A DNA stretch of 19,855 nucleotides, from the IMG/VR virus record IMGVR_UViG_3300028835_000475; one strand, given 5' to 3'. Positions within the stretch are counted from its first letter, which is position 1. Each line of letters begins with the position of its first letter. Positions 8,577 through 16,243 of this stretch are shown here, piece after piece. Below the pieces are notes generated by a model. That model made no database searches and was not told the DNA's origin. It saw only the letters and a program-made list of their open reading frames with translations. Both the position numbers and the translations under genes were made by a program. This DNA is from a virus.

Positions 8577-11336
8577 ATGGGAGATAGTATGATATATAAG
8601 GTTCTAAAGGAAGGGTATCCCGCTACGTATAACTTCAAGGATGAGGCTGACGGTACGAGTGGAAATGATATAGGAGGTCTTTCGAGCTTTACTACAGATG
8701 ACACAAATGGAGCTCTCACTATTGTTTCTTCTCAGGGAGACCATAAAAAAGTGGCGAAGATTTCGGGAGATGGTGATAATGGAGCAGATACTTCTTTTCG
8801 TATTGATTTCGTTAATCAAACAAGCGGAGATATTGAATATCATTGGAAATATATAGATAATGGAGTAGGATATACTCGTTTATATCTTTATGATGAGGGT
8901 TGGGAACAATGTGTTTATTTATATCTTAATCATGATAATAATAGATTATATTGGTTTTATGGGGATGGATTAGGAGGAGCGGGATCTACCTCAGGCTTCA
9001 TGAGTATGGCAACAGATACATATATGCTTATAAGAATTCATTTTGATTGTGCAACCGATACATATTCTTTATGGGTTGATGGTATTCTTAAAGTAGATGA
9101 TGAACCATTTTATGCAAATCATACAGCAACAACTATAAATCTTGGGCGTTTTAATCTGAATGGAGGAGGAGGGGCTAATGCTTTAGAATCATATATAGAT
9201 GCGATAGGTTATTCATGGGATACTAATTATAATGTCGGGGATAATATTCACTGGCGTAATTATAAAGATTCTATGGCACAAGCTAATTTTGAAGGGGAAG
9301 ATTGTGGCACTACATCAACATCTATAACTTTTATTGATTCGGACAATAATGGTGAGGGCTGCTCTGTAGAGATCATTCCCTCATTTGATGAGCATAAAAA
9401 AATAATGGATTGTTATGATAATGGTGCCGGAGCGATAGATATTAGAAATACCCTCTCAGCTGTTCAGACCTCAGGCGTAATGGAATATAAACTAAAAAGT
9501 TCTAATATTAATTACTATAGTTGGGTAACTATCTGGTCTGGAGAAGCAGAAGCAATCCAGGTGGGTTTTCACCTTGGTCAAATTTATGTTTATCAGTCTG
9601 GAATAGGAATTACTAATATTATTGCCGCAACGCATAATACCTGGTATGATTTCAAATTAGAATTTGAATGTGGTGCGGAAGGTTTTAAGGGACTTGCCGC
9701 AGACACTCTATATGTGTGGATTGATAATGTTCGTTATGGACCTTATTTGTTTCAAACAGCAGTTGCGAATATTGATACGTTTTCGATATTAACTGATGCT
9801 ACACAATCAGGATACCATGTATATTTGGACGCTGTAGGATATTCATGGGAGACTGATTATGAGATAGCAGATAATAGACTCTTAGAATATCATTCTCTCA
9901 GCAAAACTGATATAACAAGTAAATGTAGTAAATGCACCATTACTAAGGCTGTCACTTTATATTCTACCGCTTCCCTTGAGACTATAGAAATATTTGGGGA
10001 TGAACATTATCTGCAAATCTTTGATGAGAATTCTGATCTTCGTTTTATCGGAAATCGTTTTAAGGATATTGATATTGGAATATCTATTAATGGTTATACT
10101 TTTCAGACTCTTAATAAAGTTGATTTAGAAGGAGAAAATAGTTATTCGGCTTCAGCTGCGGAAGATGTAAATGCTTCCTTACTGGGTATTCTAACAAACG
10201 TAGGACAAGCCGACGGAAGGCTTATATATTATACAGAGGATGATCCCGCCGGTAATCTTAAACCAAATTATAGAAATAAACCACGTCACATGATTACAAG
10301 AATCTTGGCGATTCGAGGGGGGAAGAAATGTATTATTAAAGCTTCTGGAAAAGTATTTCTTGACGATGATGCAAATCCAGATAATGGTGCTGCCACGATT
10401 ACGGGAACCTCTTCCGAACTAATGGGAATTCCTCTAATAGATAGGTCTTCCCATCAAATAAACTATGTGGAAGTACGAGGCGGAATTGATCCAAGTACGG
10501 GTAAGCCTTTTAGTGGGGTCTCTCAGGATGCTTCTGCTCAAACAGATGGAACGGGTCTTATCCCATATTATAAAAGATTGCGAGAATTACAGAGTGATGC
10601 TGATTGTCTGAGTGTGGCAACAGCTATTCGAACCGGTACTAATTTCACTCCCCAGATTATTAGAGTTCGTCTCAGGGGTATTTATGCTGATCCAGGAGAA
10701 ATTATCAATTTTGCCTATTCCAATAAATCTTTTACCGCTACAAATTGTTATGTAGATAGTGTTAGAATGAATGTTCTTAATAATGTCTGTAATTATTCAT
10801 TAAATACGGGGATATCTGATCCGATAACATTTAATTCTCCCGGCTATACCATGGCTGATGAGACCGCAGATGATATTGCCGAGATTCTTTATAACACGGA
10901 TATTAATACTGTTTATCTTAGGATAGTTCCCTCAGTTGGAGCCACTGAGGAGGCGGGAGGGGTTAAATTAGATGCGGTTAATGAAATGGCTATAGTCTTT
11001 TGGTATACTCCCCCTAATATAGATACTTCAAGGGTAATAAATATTTATGTTCAATTTTATAGAGTTGATGCGAATGCAGATACCATTACTATAGCCAAGG
11101 ATCTGACCGGTCAAATAGCAGATGGAGGAACTGATACTGTAAGCCAATGGGCGGCAGAACCTGATACTTTGGATGCCTGTGCAGGCAATAGAGAGATGGC
11201 TCAGTTATTCATCCTTACAGCCGCTAATAACTATGCTAATTATCGTTATACATTTTCTATACTCATGAATGAAGCAGGGCGAAGTATTTATATCCGTTCC
11301 ATTGCTATAGTATATTATATAAAAAGGAGCATATAA
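8577..11336 (+). CDS. Tail fibre / receptor-binding protein with two tandem concanavalin-A/LamG-like domains (919 aa)
   Basis: SD AGGTGATTAA before the ATG. Internal ~210-aa duplication: NFKDEADGTSG...GDHKKV...YIDAIGYSWDTNYNVGDN versus NFEGEDCGTTS...DEHKKI...YLDAVGYSWETDYEIADN. Confidence 0.6.
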   Translation: MGDSMIYKVLKEGYPATYNFKDEADGTSGNDIGGLSSFTTDDTNGALTIVSSQGDHKKVAKISGDGDNGADTSFRIDFVNQTSGDIEYHWKYIDNGVGYTRLYLYDEGWEQCVYLYLNHDNNRLYWFYGDGLGGAGSTSGFMSMATDTYMLIRIHFDCATDTYSLWVDGILKVDDEPFYANHTATTINLGRFNLNGGGGANALESYIDAIGYSWDTNYNVGDNIHWRNYKDSMAQANFEGEDCGTTSTSITFIDSDNNGEGCSVEIIPSFDEHKKIMDCYDNGAGAIDIRNTLSAVQTSGVMEYKLKSSNINYYSWVTIWSGEAEAIQVGFHLGQIYVYQSGIGITNIIAATHNTWYDFKLEFECGAEGFKGLAADTLYVWIDNVRYGPYLFQTAVANIDTFSILTDATQSGYHVYLDAVGYSWETDYEIADNRLLEYHSLSKTDITSKCSKCTITKAVTLYSTASLETIEIFGDEHYLQIFDENSDLRFIGNRFKDIDIGISINGYTFQTLNKVDLEGENSYSASAAEDVNASLLGILTNVGQADGRLIYYTEDDPAGNLKPNYRNKPRHMITRILAIRGGKKCIIKASGKVFLDDDANPDNGAATITGTSSELMGIPLIDRSSHQINYVEVRGGIDPSTGKPFSGVSQDASAQTDGTGLIPYYKRLRELQSDADCLSVATAIRTGTNFTPQIIRVRLRGIYADPGEIINFAYSNKSFTATNCYVDSVRMNVLNNVCNYSLNTGISDPITFNSPGYTMADETADDIAEILYNTDINTVYLRIVPSVGATEEAGGVKLDAVNEMAIVFWYTPPNIDTSRVINIYVQFYRVDANADTITIAKDLTGQIADGGTDTVSQWAAEPDTLDACAGNREMAQLFILTAANNYANYRYTFSILMNEAGRSIYIRSIAIVYYIKRSI

Positions 11337-11337
11337 T

Positions 11338-11577
11338 ATGAATATAAGACGTATATTTTTAAGTTTCTGTTTAGGTTTATGGGCAATTTGTGGATGGTTT
11401 ATGGTATTAATGTTCTTTTGGGTTTTGTTAATTAATAATGGAAGGGTTATATTTGATGCAACATTATGGAATGAATTTTATTTTGAATTTATAGGAGTCC
11501 ATATTTGCTTTATTTTAGTCATATTGGCTTTTATTTTAGAATTAAGGGAGATTTTCAATGAGAAGAGACGGAGGTGA
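11338..11577 (+). CDS. Small membrane protein, holin-like topology (79 aa)
   Basis: Two hydrophobic helices (IFLSFCLGLWAICGWFMVLMFFWVLLI and FIGVHICFILVILAFIL) and a basic C-terminus EKRRR. Confidence 0.5.
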   Translation: MNIRRIFLSFCLGLWAICGWFMVLMFFWVLLINNGRVIFDATLWNEFYFEFIGVHICFILVILAFILELREIFNEKRRR

Positions 11578-11583
11578 TAAAAA

Positions 11584-12006
11584 ATGGGAGCAAAAGCAGA
11601 AGCAACCTATAATTGGTTAAAATCTACTAAATTGACACCAATTCAGTTAATCTATGTATTTATAGCTATATTTGCCTTTATATTTATGGCAACCGATATT
11701 TTTGAGGCTTTACCTGATATAGTCAAAGTATCTATATATGGTTCTACGGTTCTTGTAGGCATGTTATTAGGAGTATCTATTTTTGATATTAAACAACTAG
11801 CTCAAGATATGAAAGCTATATATGAAGATAAAACGATGACTTTAGAACAGAAAATTAATGCTTATGGTAATATAGCTTTGAATGTATTGAATAAGATGGG
11901 AGCTGCATGGGAATTATACCATGATGAGCAATTCGAAAACGTAAAACAAGCTGAAATAGATGAGCTTAAAGCTGAGATTAAAGCACTCGAAAACAAATTA
12001 AAATAA
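11584..12006 (+). CDS. Membrane protein with a C-terminal coiled coil (140 aa)
   Basis: SD GGAGGTGATAAAAA before the ATG. Two hydrophobic helices (LIYVFIAIFAFIFMA and IYGSTVLVGMLLGVSIF) and a C-terminal EIDELKAEIKALENKLK. Confidence 0.55.
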   Translation: MGAKAEATYNWLKSTKLTPIQLIYVFIAIFAFIFMATDIFEALPDIVKVSIYGSTVLVGMLLGVSIFDIKQLAQDMKAIYEDKTMTLEQKINAYGNIALNVLNKMGAAWELYHDEQFENVKQAEIDELKAEIKALENKLK

Positions 12007-12038
12007 AAAAAAATAATTAATTTTAAACTTTCTTTTTT
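12005..12038. terminator. Convergent-operon boundary with oligo-A/T tracts on both strands
   Basis: A9 at 12005-12013 gives a T9 on the minus strand 10 nt after the minus-strand stop. T4 and T6 runs at 12021-12038 lie downstream of the plus-strand stop. Confidence 0.4.
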
Positions 12039-12334
12039 ATTCTTTCTAATTCCTTAACAAATTTCTCTATTTTTCCATCCCTATCTTTTACTTCTAATTC
12101 TAATTGCCTTTTCTCAATATCCAATACCTTAATAAAATAAAGACTAAATACCTCAGCTCCAATAAGACCAGTTAATAGACCATAACCGATACCTTCTGCT
12201 TGGAGTTGAGTAACTGTATCTTGTACTATTAAAGCATTTAGATATAAAGCTAGACCAATTACAATTAAAACTAAAATATAAGGGACACTCTCTACAAATG
12301 CTAGTTTATATTTACTTTTCATTTTCATCCTCAC
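12023..12334 (-). CDS. Membrane protein with a C-terminal coiled coil (about 101-103 aa)
   Basis: Two hydrophobic helices (VPYILVLIVIGLALYLNALIV and YGLLTGLIGAEVFSLYFI), then KRQLELEVKDRDGKIEKFVKELERIKKK. GTG at 12334 or ATG at 12328. Confidence 0.55.
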   Translation of the reverse strand: MRMKMKSKYKLAFVESVPYILVLIVIGLALYLNALIVQDTVTQLQAEGIGYGLLTGLIGAEVFSLYFIKVLDIEKRQLELEVKDRDGKIEKFVKELERIKKKV

Positions 12335-12505
12335 TCATTTCTTAATTTTCTCCAAATCTATTTTTATATGAAACCATCCATCATCTAATGCGTTTATACT
12401 TAACCCATAATCATCTAATGAAGCATGTTCTACACCCTCAATTTTGTATTGATAATTTTCATCATGTTTCATATAAAATTCTATTGTTCTTTCATTCTTT
12501 TTCAT
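12335..12505 (-). CDS. Hypothetical 56-aa protein (not in the track)
   Basis: Hand translation: MKKNERTIEFYMKHDENYQYKIEGVEHASLDDYGLSINALDDGWFHIKIDLEKIKK. TAATG overlap with the upstream gene fills an otherwise empty gap. Confidence 0.5.
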   Translation of the reverse strand: MKKNERTIEFYMKHDENYQYKIEGVEHASLDDYGLSINALDDGWFHIKIDLEKIKK

Positions 12506-12693
12506 TATTTACCCTCTGCTTTTTTTCTAAATTCAATTAACTCTTTTGGAATTGGTATTGAAGAATCTCTACAAAACTTGCATTTTTTTAGATTAATAGG
12601 GACAAACATAAATAATCTAAATTCCACATTATTCTCTCCAACTAAATACCAATATAAGTTACATTCAGGACAATAATTTATTTCTTCGCTCAT
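12505..12693 (-). CDS. Zn-ribbon protein (62 aa)
   Basis: Paired Cys motifs CPEC ... CKFC. Overlapping stop/start with its neighbours. Confidence 0.6.
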   Translation of the reverse strand: MSEEINYCPECNLYWYLVGENNVEFRLFMFVPINLKKCKFCRDSSIPIPKELIEFRKKAEGK

Positions 12694-13103
12694 TTCAATT
12701 TCTCCAACTTTTCTAAATATTCGGCCATAACATTTTTATAATTGCGCGCATTTTGATCAAAACTTTTTATTTTATGCGCAGCTTCTTTTCGTTTTTGCAT
12801 AAATACTTTATTCATCTCTTCTTTAGAAAATCGATGATATTTTCCTTCAAATCCAGGCATAACTTTTTTCACAAATTCAATTAACCATCTTCGAAAAGAA
12901 GAATTTTGCGCGCACCATTCAAACATTTCATCTAAATTTAGATCTTCATCTATAACTGGTTTCGAGTCGATTGGTGTATTAGCTAATACCTTTCCAGATT
13001 GCCGTGGACTCGAACCACCGTGTCCAACCGATTTCTCGCCAATTATAGGTATAGGGGCTTTCGGAGGATGTAAGATATCCTCAATCTCTTTTTTAAGTGT
13101 CAT
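12690..13103 (-). CDS. Hypothetical protein (137 aa)
   Basis: 4-nt overlaps at both ends within the minus operon. No recognisable motif. Confidence 0.55.
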   Translation of the reverse strand: MTLKKEIEDILHPPKAPIPIIGEKSVGHGGSSPRQSGKVLANTPIDSKPVIDEDLNLDEMFEWCAQNSSFRRWLIEFVKKVMPGFEGKYHRFSKEEMNKVFMQKRKEAAHKIKSFDQNARNYKNVMAEYLEKLEKLK

Positions 13104-13327
13104 CTTCTTTTAAAACTTCTTTTATATATCCAAGAACACCCATCAATCCAGTTCACATAAACTAAAATATCATGTGCTCTATTAGGTGTAAAATAAATTT
13201 TCTCATCACAATCTCCAAAAAAAATGTTAAATCCTAATGATTCTAACTCCTTTTCAATATCATCCCGATAATTATATCTTTCAAAAATCTCAATTACTAT
13301 TTTTTCTAAATCATCTTTCTCACTCAT
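13100..13327 (-). CDS. Hypothetical protein (75 aa)
   Basis: ATGA-type overlaps with both neighbours. Confidence 0.5.
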   Translation of the reverse strand: MSEKDDLEKIVIEIFERYNYRDDIEKELESLGFNIFFGDCDEKIYFTPNRAHDILVYVNWIDGCSWIYKRSFKRR

Positions 13328-13770
13328 TTCAGATAATCCTCCAATATAATCCTGATCATTTCAGAATATGGTAGATCCATAACTTTTACTACTTTATCTA
13401 GATTTTCTTTTGTCTTATGACTAATCCTTACCGTTATAACTACCGGATAATGCATTTTTCTATTTGAGCAATCTCCTTCATAATACTCAAAATCATTTTT
13501 ATAGAATCTTCTATTACAACTCTCACAAACCAAAGCAATATACTCCCCAGTAGAATGGTTATGATGGAATACTAGATGTTCATTCTCTTTTTCACATTTA
13601 GAACATACTAATTTCCCTTTAATAAACTTTAAAGGAATCCTTAACATCCTAGCTTTCCCAACAATTTGGGATACATAACTTTCGGATACGTTAAGGGAAT
13701 CAGCTATCTGCTTTTGGGTTTTATTATTCTGATAGATTTCTTCCAAAATTGTATTTTGTTTTGACTTCAT
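13324..13770 (-). CDS. Three-domain protein: N-terminal HTH, endonuclease-VII-like HNH zinc module, C-terminal ribbon-helix-helix
   Basis: HTH KTQKQIADSLNVSESYVSQIVGKA. CSKCEKENEHLVFHHNHSTGEYIALVCESCN matches the CxxC...hxhDHDHxTGxhRGLLCxxCN endonuclease VII pattern. RHH-like VITVRISHKTKENLDKVVKVMDLPYSEMIRIILEDYL. I prefer the ATG at 13770 to the GTG at 13782. Confidence 0.6.
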   Translation of the reverse strand: MKSKQNTILEEIYQNNKTQKQIADSLNVSESYVSQIVGKARMLRIPLKFIKGKLVCSKCEKENEHLVFHHNHSTGEYIALVCESCNRRFYKNDFEYYEGDCSNRKMHYPVVITVRISHKTKENLDKVVKVMDLPYSEMIRIILEDYLK

Positions 13771-13815
13771 ATAAAGATTCACTTAAGTTAAGTAAAGGTA
13801 CATCAAATATAAATT

Positions 13816-13823
13816 TATTTAAA
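13816..13823 (-). promoter_or_regulatory. TATA-like box TTTAAATA (minus strand) in the 54-bp gap upstream of the HTH/EndoVII/RHH gene
   Basis: The plus strand reads tatttaaa. This is one of only two sizeable gaps in the minus operon. Such an octamer can occur by chance in AT-rich DNA. Confidence 0.3.
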
Positions 13824-13836
13824 CCATCTACTTCCT

Positions 13837-14019
13837 CTACTCCTCATTTATTGGTTTATTAGACCCAAATATTATTTCTTGTATGGTGATTAAATAGGTA
13901 GTGTTGGCTTTCATAGTAAAAGAATTTGCCCTTGCCCGTCGGTTAATATTTATTGAATCAGGTCCCTCTTTTCTGTTTTTAGTTCTGTACATAAACTCAG
14001 CGACGGGTATTAGTTTCAT
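13837..14019 (-). CDS. Hypothetical 60-aa protein
   Basis: The ATG abuts the upstream TAG and is preceded by a strong SD, GGAGGAGCGGAGGAAG. Confidence 0.5.
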   Translation of the reverse strand: MKLIPVAEFMYRTKNRKEGPDSININRRARANSFTMKANTTYLITIQEIIFGSNKPINEE

Positions 14020-14679
14020 CTACTTCCTCCGCTCCTCCTTCAGATATTCCTCTTTCATTTCATTACCAAATGTGGTCTGTCTTTTGAGTATAAGAACATT
14101 AATCATATTTTCGAGGTCTGCCTTTTTAATTTTTAACTCGTCTTTACCCATATTCATACAATCCTTACAAGTTATTCCCCGTGGTGGAATGTATTTTTCT
14201 ATCAATTCAAACTCCGTCTGCCGGGCGGAACCGGCCTCTGTCGGCTCTTTTTCTCCCTCATATATCTCTCTTGCAATCTGTTGCTCTCCAGTAATCATCC
14301 CAGTATAAGGCTCGGATGGTTTCTCGCCATCTTTACCCTCGACCCTGTCTAATAGATCCTTTTTAAGATGATTGGGAACTGTTAAAGAGATTATATCCTG
14401 CAGGACTTCTCTATCTTGATCTTCTAATTCTATGACGGCATTATTCATTTGGTATAATTCAGAAATATGTTCTTTTAGTTCCGAGATTTCCTTAATAACA
14501 TCACCAATATCATAAGCATTTGCCTCATTATTATCTAAAGCTTGTTGATTCCACTTTTCCAGCTCCGAGATCTTATCCATTCCTGAATCGTGTGCAATTT
14601 GCCACGTTGGTTTTAAACATATAGTACAATAAGTCTCTTCATAATTAAACACATGATTACATTTATCGTCTTCGGGCAT
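14020..14679 (-). CDS. Hypothetical protein with an N-terminal Cys/His cluster and central coiled coil (219 aa)
   Basis: CNH...CTIC at the N-terminus, coiled-coil-like ISELKEHISELYQMNNAVIELED, and a second CKDC pair. Confidence 0.55.
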   Translation of the reverse strand: MPEDDKCNHVFNYEETYCTICLKPTWQIAHDSGMDKISELEKWNQQALDNNEANAYDIGDVIKEISELKEHISELYQMNNAVIELEDQDREVLQDIISLTVPNHLKKDLLDRVEGKDGEKPSEPYTGMITGEQQIAREIYEGEKEPTEAGSARQTEFELIEKYIPPRGITCKDCMNMGKDELKIKKADLENMINVLILKRQTTFGNEMKEEYLKEERRK

Positions 14680-14792
14680 TAGCCATCAACCTCCTCCATA
14701 GGCAACAGGGGATATGGCTCCTCAACCCTATAAGCAAAGGTAATACCAAATGCTTTTTCGAATGCTTGTTCTATAAACTCATAGAAGCTCAT
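14679..14792 (-). CDS. Hypothetical 37-aa microprotein (not in the track)
   Basis: Hand translation: MSFYEFIEQAFEKAFGITFAYRVEEPYPLLPMEEVDG. ATGA overlap upstream and TAATG overlap downstream. Confidence 0.4.
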   Translation of the reverse strand: MSFYEFIEQAFEKAFGITFAYRVEEPYPLLPMEEVDG

Positions 14793-14923
14793 CCTTGATT
14801 CATCACCTTTATCTGTAGTTTCTTAAATTTAGCTCTAATCCTATTGATGTGAACGTCCTCGTTATCCCACTCTGCCAACTCTTCCCAAATAGAGTTGAAT
14901 AGAGATCCTAATTCTTTATCCAC
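14789..14923 (-). CDS. Hypothetical 44-aa microprotein with a GTG start (not in the track)
   Basis: Hand translation: (V/M)DKELGSLFNSIWEELAEWDNEDVHINRIRAKFKKLQIKVMNQG. TAGTG 1-nt overlap with the upstream gene. Confidence 0.4.
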   Translation of the reverse strand: MDKELGSLFNSIWEELAEWDNEDVHINRIRAKFKKLQIKVMNQG

Positions 14924-15225
14924 TATTTAAGTCTCCTCTTTTTGAAGAATCCTAATAATTCTAATTCCTTATATTCTTTTTGTAAAAACTGTCTGATAGC
15001 TGTTCTAATTGCTTCACTTCGAGAAGGATAAATTCCTAAAAATACCAAATCCTTTATACATTCATCATATAAATTTGGATAATTAAGACTAATATTTTTA
15101 AGATGCTTTTTTCTGTCAGGTTTAACCTTTATTATAGTTTCAAGACTTTTTTTTAAGTGTTCTTTCTCTTCCCTTATGTCGGGAGGGTCTTCATTAATAT
15201 ATATATCTCTTGTCAATACCTTCAT
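14923..15225 (-). CDS. Ribbon-helix-helix (CopG/NikR-N-like) transcription regulator (100 aa)
   Basis: ISLNYPNLYDECIKDLVFLGIYPSRSEAIRTAIRQFLQKE matches the RHH strand-helix-helix pattern, including SRSEAIR. Confidence 0.65.
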   Translation of the reverse strand: MKVLTRDIYINEDPPDIREEKEHLKKSLETIIKVKPDRKKHLKNISLNYPNLYDECIKDLVFLGIYPSRSEAIRTAIRQFLQKEYKELELLGFFKKRRLK

Positions 15226-15231
15226 TAGCTC

Positions 15232-15789
15232 TCATCCTCCCTTCCCAATTGGTCTCCACTCTAAATTTGGAGTACCATCCTTCTTAGTTTTTAATATCCA
15301 CTTTCGATCTTCATGGAGATCATCATTAAGATTACCTTGAAATCCTTTTACTATACTATCACCAGATTTTAGATGAGAATAAGCTACAATTGCAGTATAG
15401 CCTCCTTTAGCTACAAGATAAGACCTTGGTAATTTATCTAGGACCATTATCCCATCCAAATCTTGAATGATATTTTTAGGAGGGGATATGGAAGCCCCCT
15501 CCGTTGTCTCCGTATCGTTTTTTAGGTTAGATTTGGGTAATTTCTTAGGAACATCAAAAATAATATCCTTTCCATCCATTGCGGCGTTAACAGCCTTAAC
15601 AACCTTTTCCTCAACCCTAGTATTATATTCTAAAGATGGTTGCTTCGCTTCTATCCATGCTATAAGACTTCTTAAAGTATCGCATTCTTTATGTAAACCT
15701 TTAATTTGTCTATTTATTAAGACTAATTTTGCAAATTGATATGGATCTAAATTCTTTTTTAAATCCTCCCAATCCAATTCTTCACTCAT
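15232..15789 (-). CDS. Hypothetical protein (185 aa from MSEELDW)
   Basis: The track start at 15846 overlaps a better-supported Zn-ribbon gene. The ATG at 15789 forms an ATGA overlap with that gene's stop. Confidence 0.55.
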   Translation of the reverse strand: MSEELDWEDLKKNLDPYQFAKLVLINRQIKGLHKECDTLRSLIAWIEAKQPSLEYNTRVEEKVVKAVNAAMDGKDIIFDVPKKLPKSNLKNDTETTEGASISPPKNIIQDLDGIMVLDKLPRSYLVAKGGYTAIVAYSHLKSGDSIVKGFQGNLNDDLHEDRKWILKTKKDGTPNLEWRPIGKGG

Positions 15790-15926
15790 ATACCGCACCT
15801 CTCTCTTATATCTTCTTCTGTATAATGTTTCCCACATTCTGAACATTTCCAGATTCTTGATACCATCGGGTATTTTCTTTTAAGCATTCCTCCACATTCA
15901 GGACATTGTATTTCTACTTCACTCAT
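15786..15926 (-). CDS. Zn-ribbon microprotein (46 aa, not in the track)
   Basis: Hand translation: MSEVEIQCPECGGMLKRKYPMVSRIWKCSECGKHYTEEDIRERCGI, with CPEC ... CSEC. Confidence 0.55.
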   Translation of the reverse strand: MSEVEIQCPECGGMLKRKYPMVSRIWKCSECGKHYTEEDIRERCGI

Positions 15927-16125
15927 TTTCCTTTATCTCCTCCACAAATTGTATAATCTCACACTTAGGACACCAATAAGGATTCCCAAATTGATTATAA
16001 TTCTCTCCCCAATTATTGTTATGTATTTCCCAATCATTAGGTGATCTCCCTAATGCTTCTTCAAACTCTTGAAGGGTTTTATATCTTTTTTCCATTTTAG
16101 TATTACACTTTTTACATTCACTCAT
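15919..16125 (-). CDS. Zn-ribbon protein (68 aa from MSECKKCN)
   Basis: CKKC ... CPKC. The ATG at 16125 forms an ATGAGTGA overlap with the upstream microprotein's stop. Confidence 0.55.
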   Translation of the reverse strand: MSECKKCNTKMEKRYKTLQEFEEALGRSPNDWEIHNNNWGENYNQFGNPYWCPKCEIIQFVEEIKENE

Positions 16126-16243
16126 TAATTTCATCCTCCATTATTTTTTTATATTCTAAATATTGATAGTAATGCTCCCTGATTTCCTTAATATTCTCAG
16201 GGATTTTTTGTTTAAAATCCTTAAACTCTTTAAGACTAATCAT
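16118..16243 (-). CDS. Hypothetical 41-aa microprotein (not in the track)
   Basis: Hand translation: MISLKEFKDFKQKIPENIKEIREHYYQYLEYKKIMEDEINE. Its first six codons repeat those of the upstream PAPS-reductase-like gene. Confidence 0.4.
   Translation of the reverse strand: MISLKEFKDFKQKIPENIKEIREHYYQYLEYKKIMEDEINE
16221..16242 (-). repeat. Downstream copy of the 22-bp direct repeat TGATTAGYCTTAAAGAGTWTAA
   Basis: Matches 16744-16765 at 20 of 22 positions, 523 bp away. Both copies cover a stop/start junction. Confidence 0.7.

Noticed and set aside
8604-8843. 79-aa antisense ORF in the 5' part of the fibre gene
   Set aside because: Nested antisense to a 919-aa gene with a strong SD. No supporting signals.
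12425-12676. 83-aa plus-strand ORF
   Set aside because: Antisense to two coupled minus-strand genes. Phe/Ile/Leu-rich product typical of AT-rich antisense frames.
13901-14308. 135-aa plus-strand ORF
   Set aside because: Antisense to the 60-aa and 219-aa minus-strand genes. Ser/Phe/Ile-rich with no SD.
15467-15739. 90-aa plus-strand ORF
   Set aside because: Antisense, and nested within the 185-aa minus-strand gene.
15790-15846. N-terminal extension of the 185-aa gene given by the track (MFRMWETLYRRRYKREVRY)
   Set aside because: It overlaps the hand-called CPEC...CSEC Zn-ribbon gene in another frame. The internal ATG at 15789 gives the genome's usual ATGA coupling.
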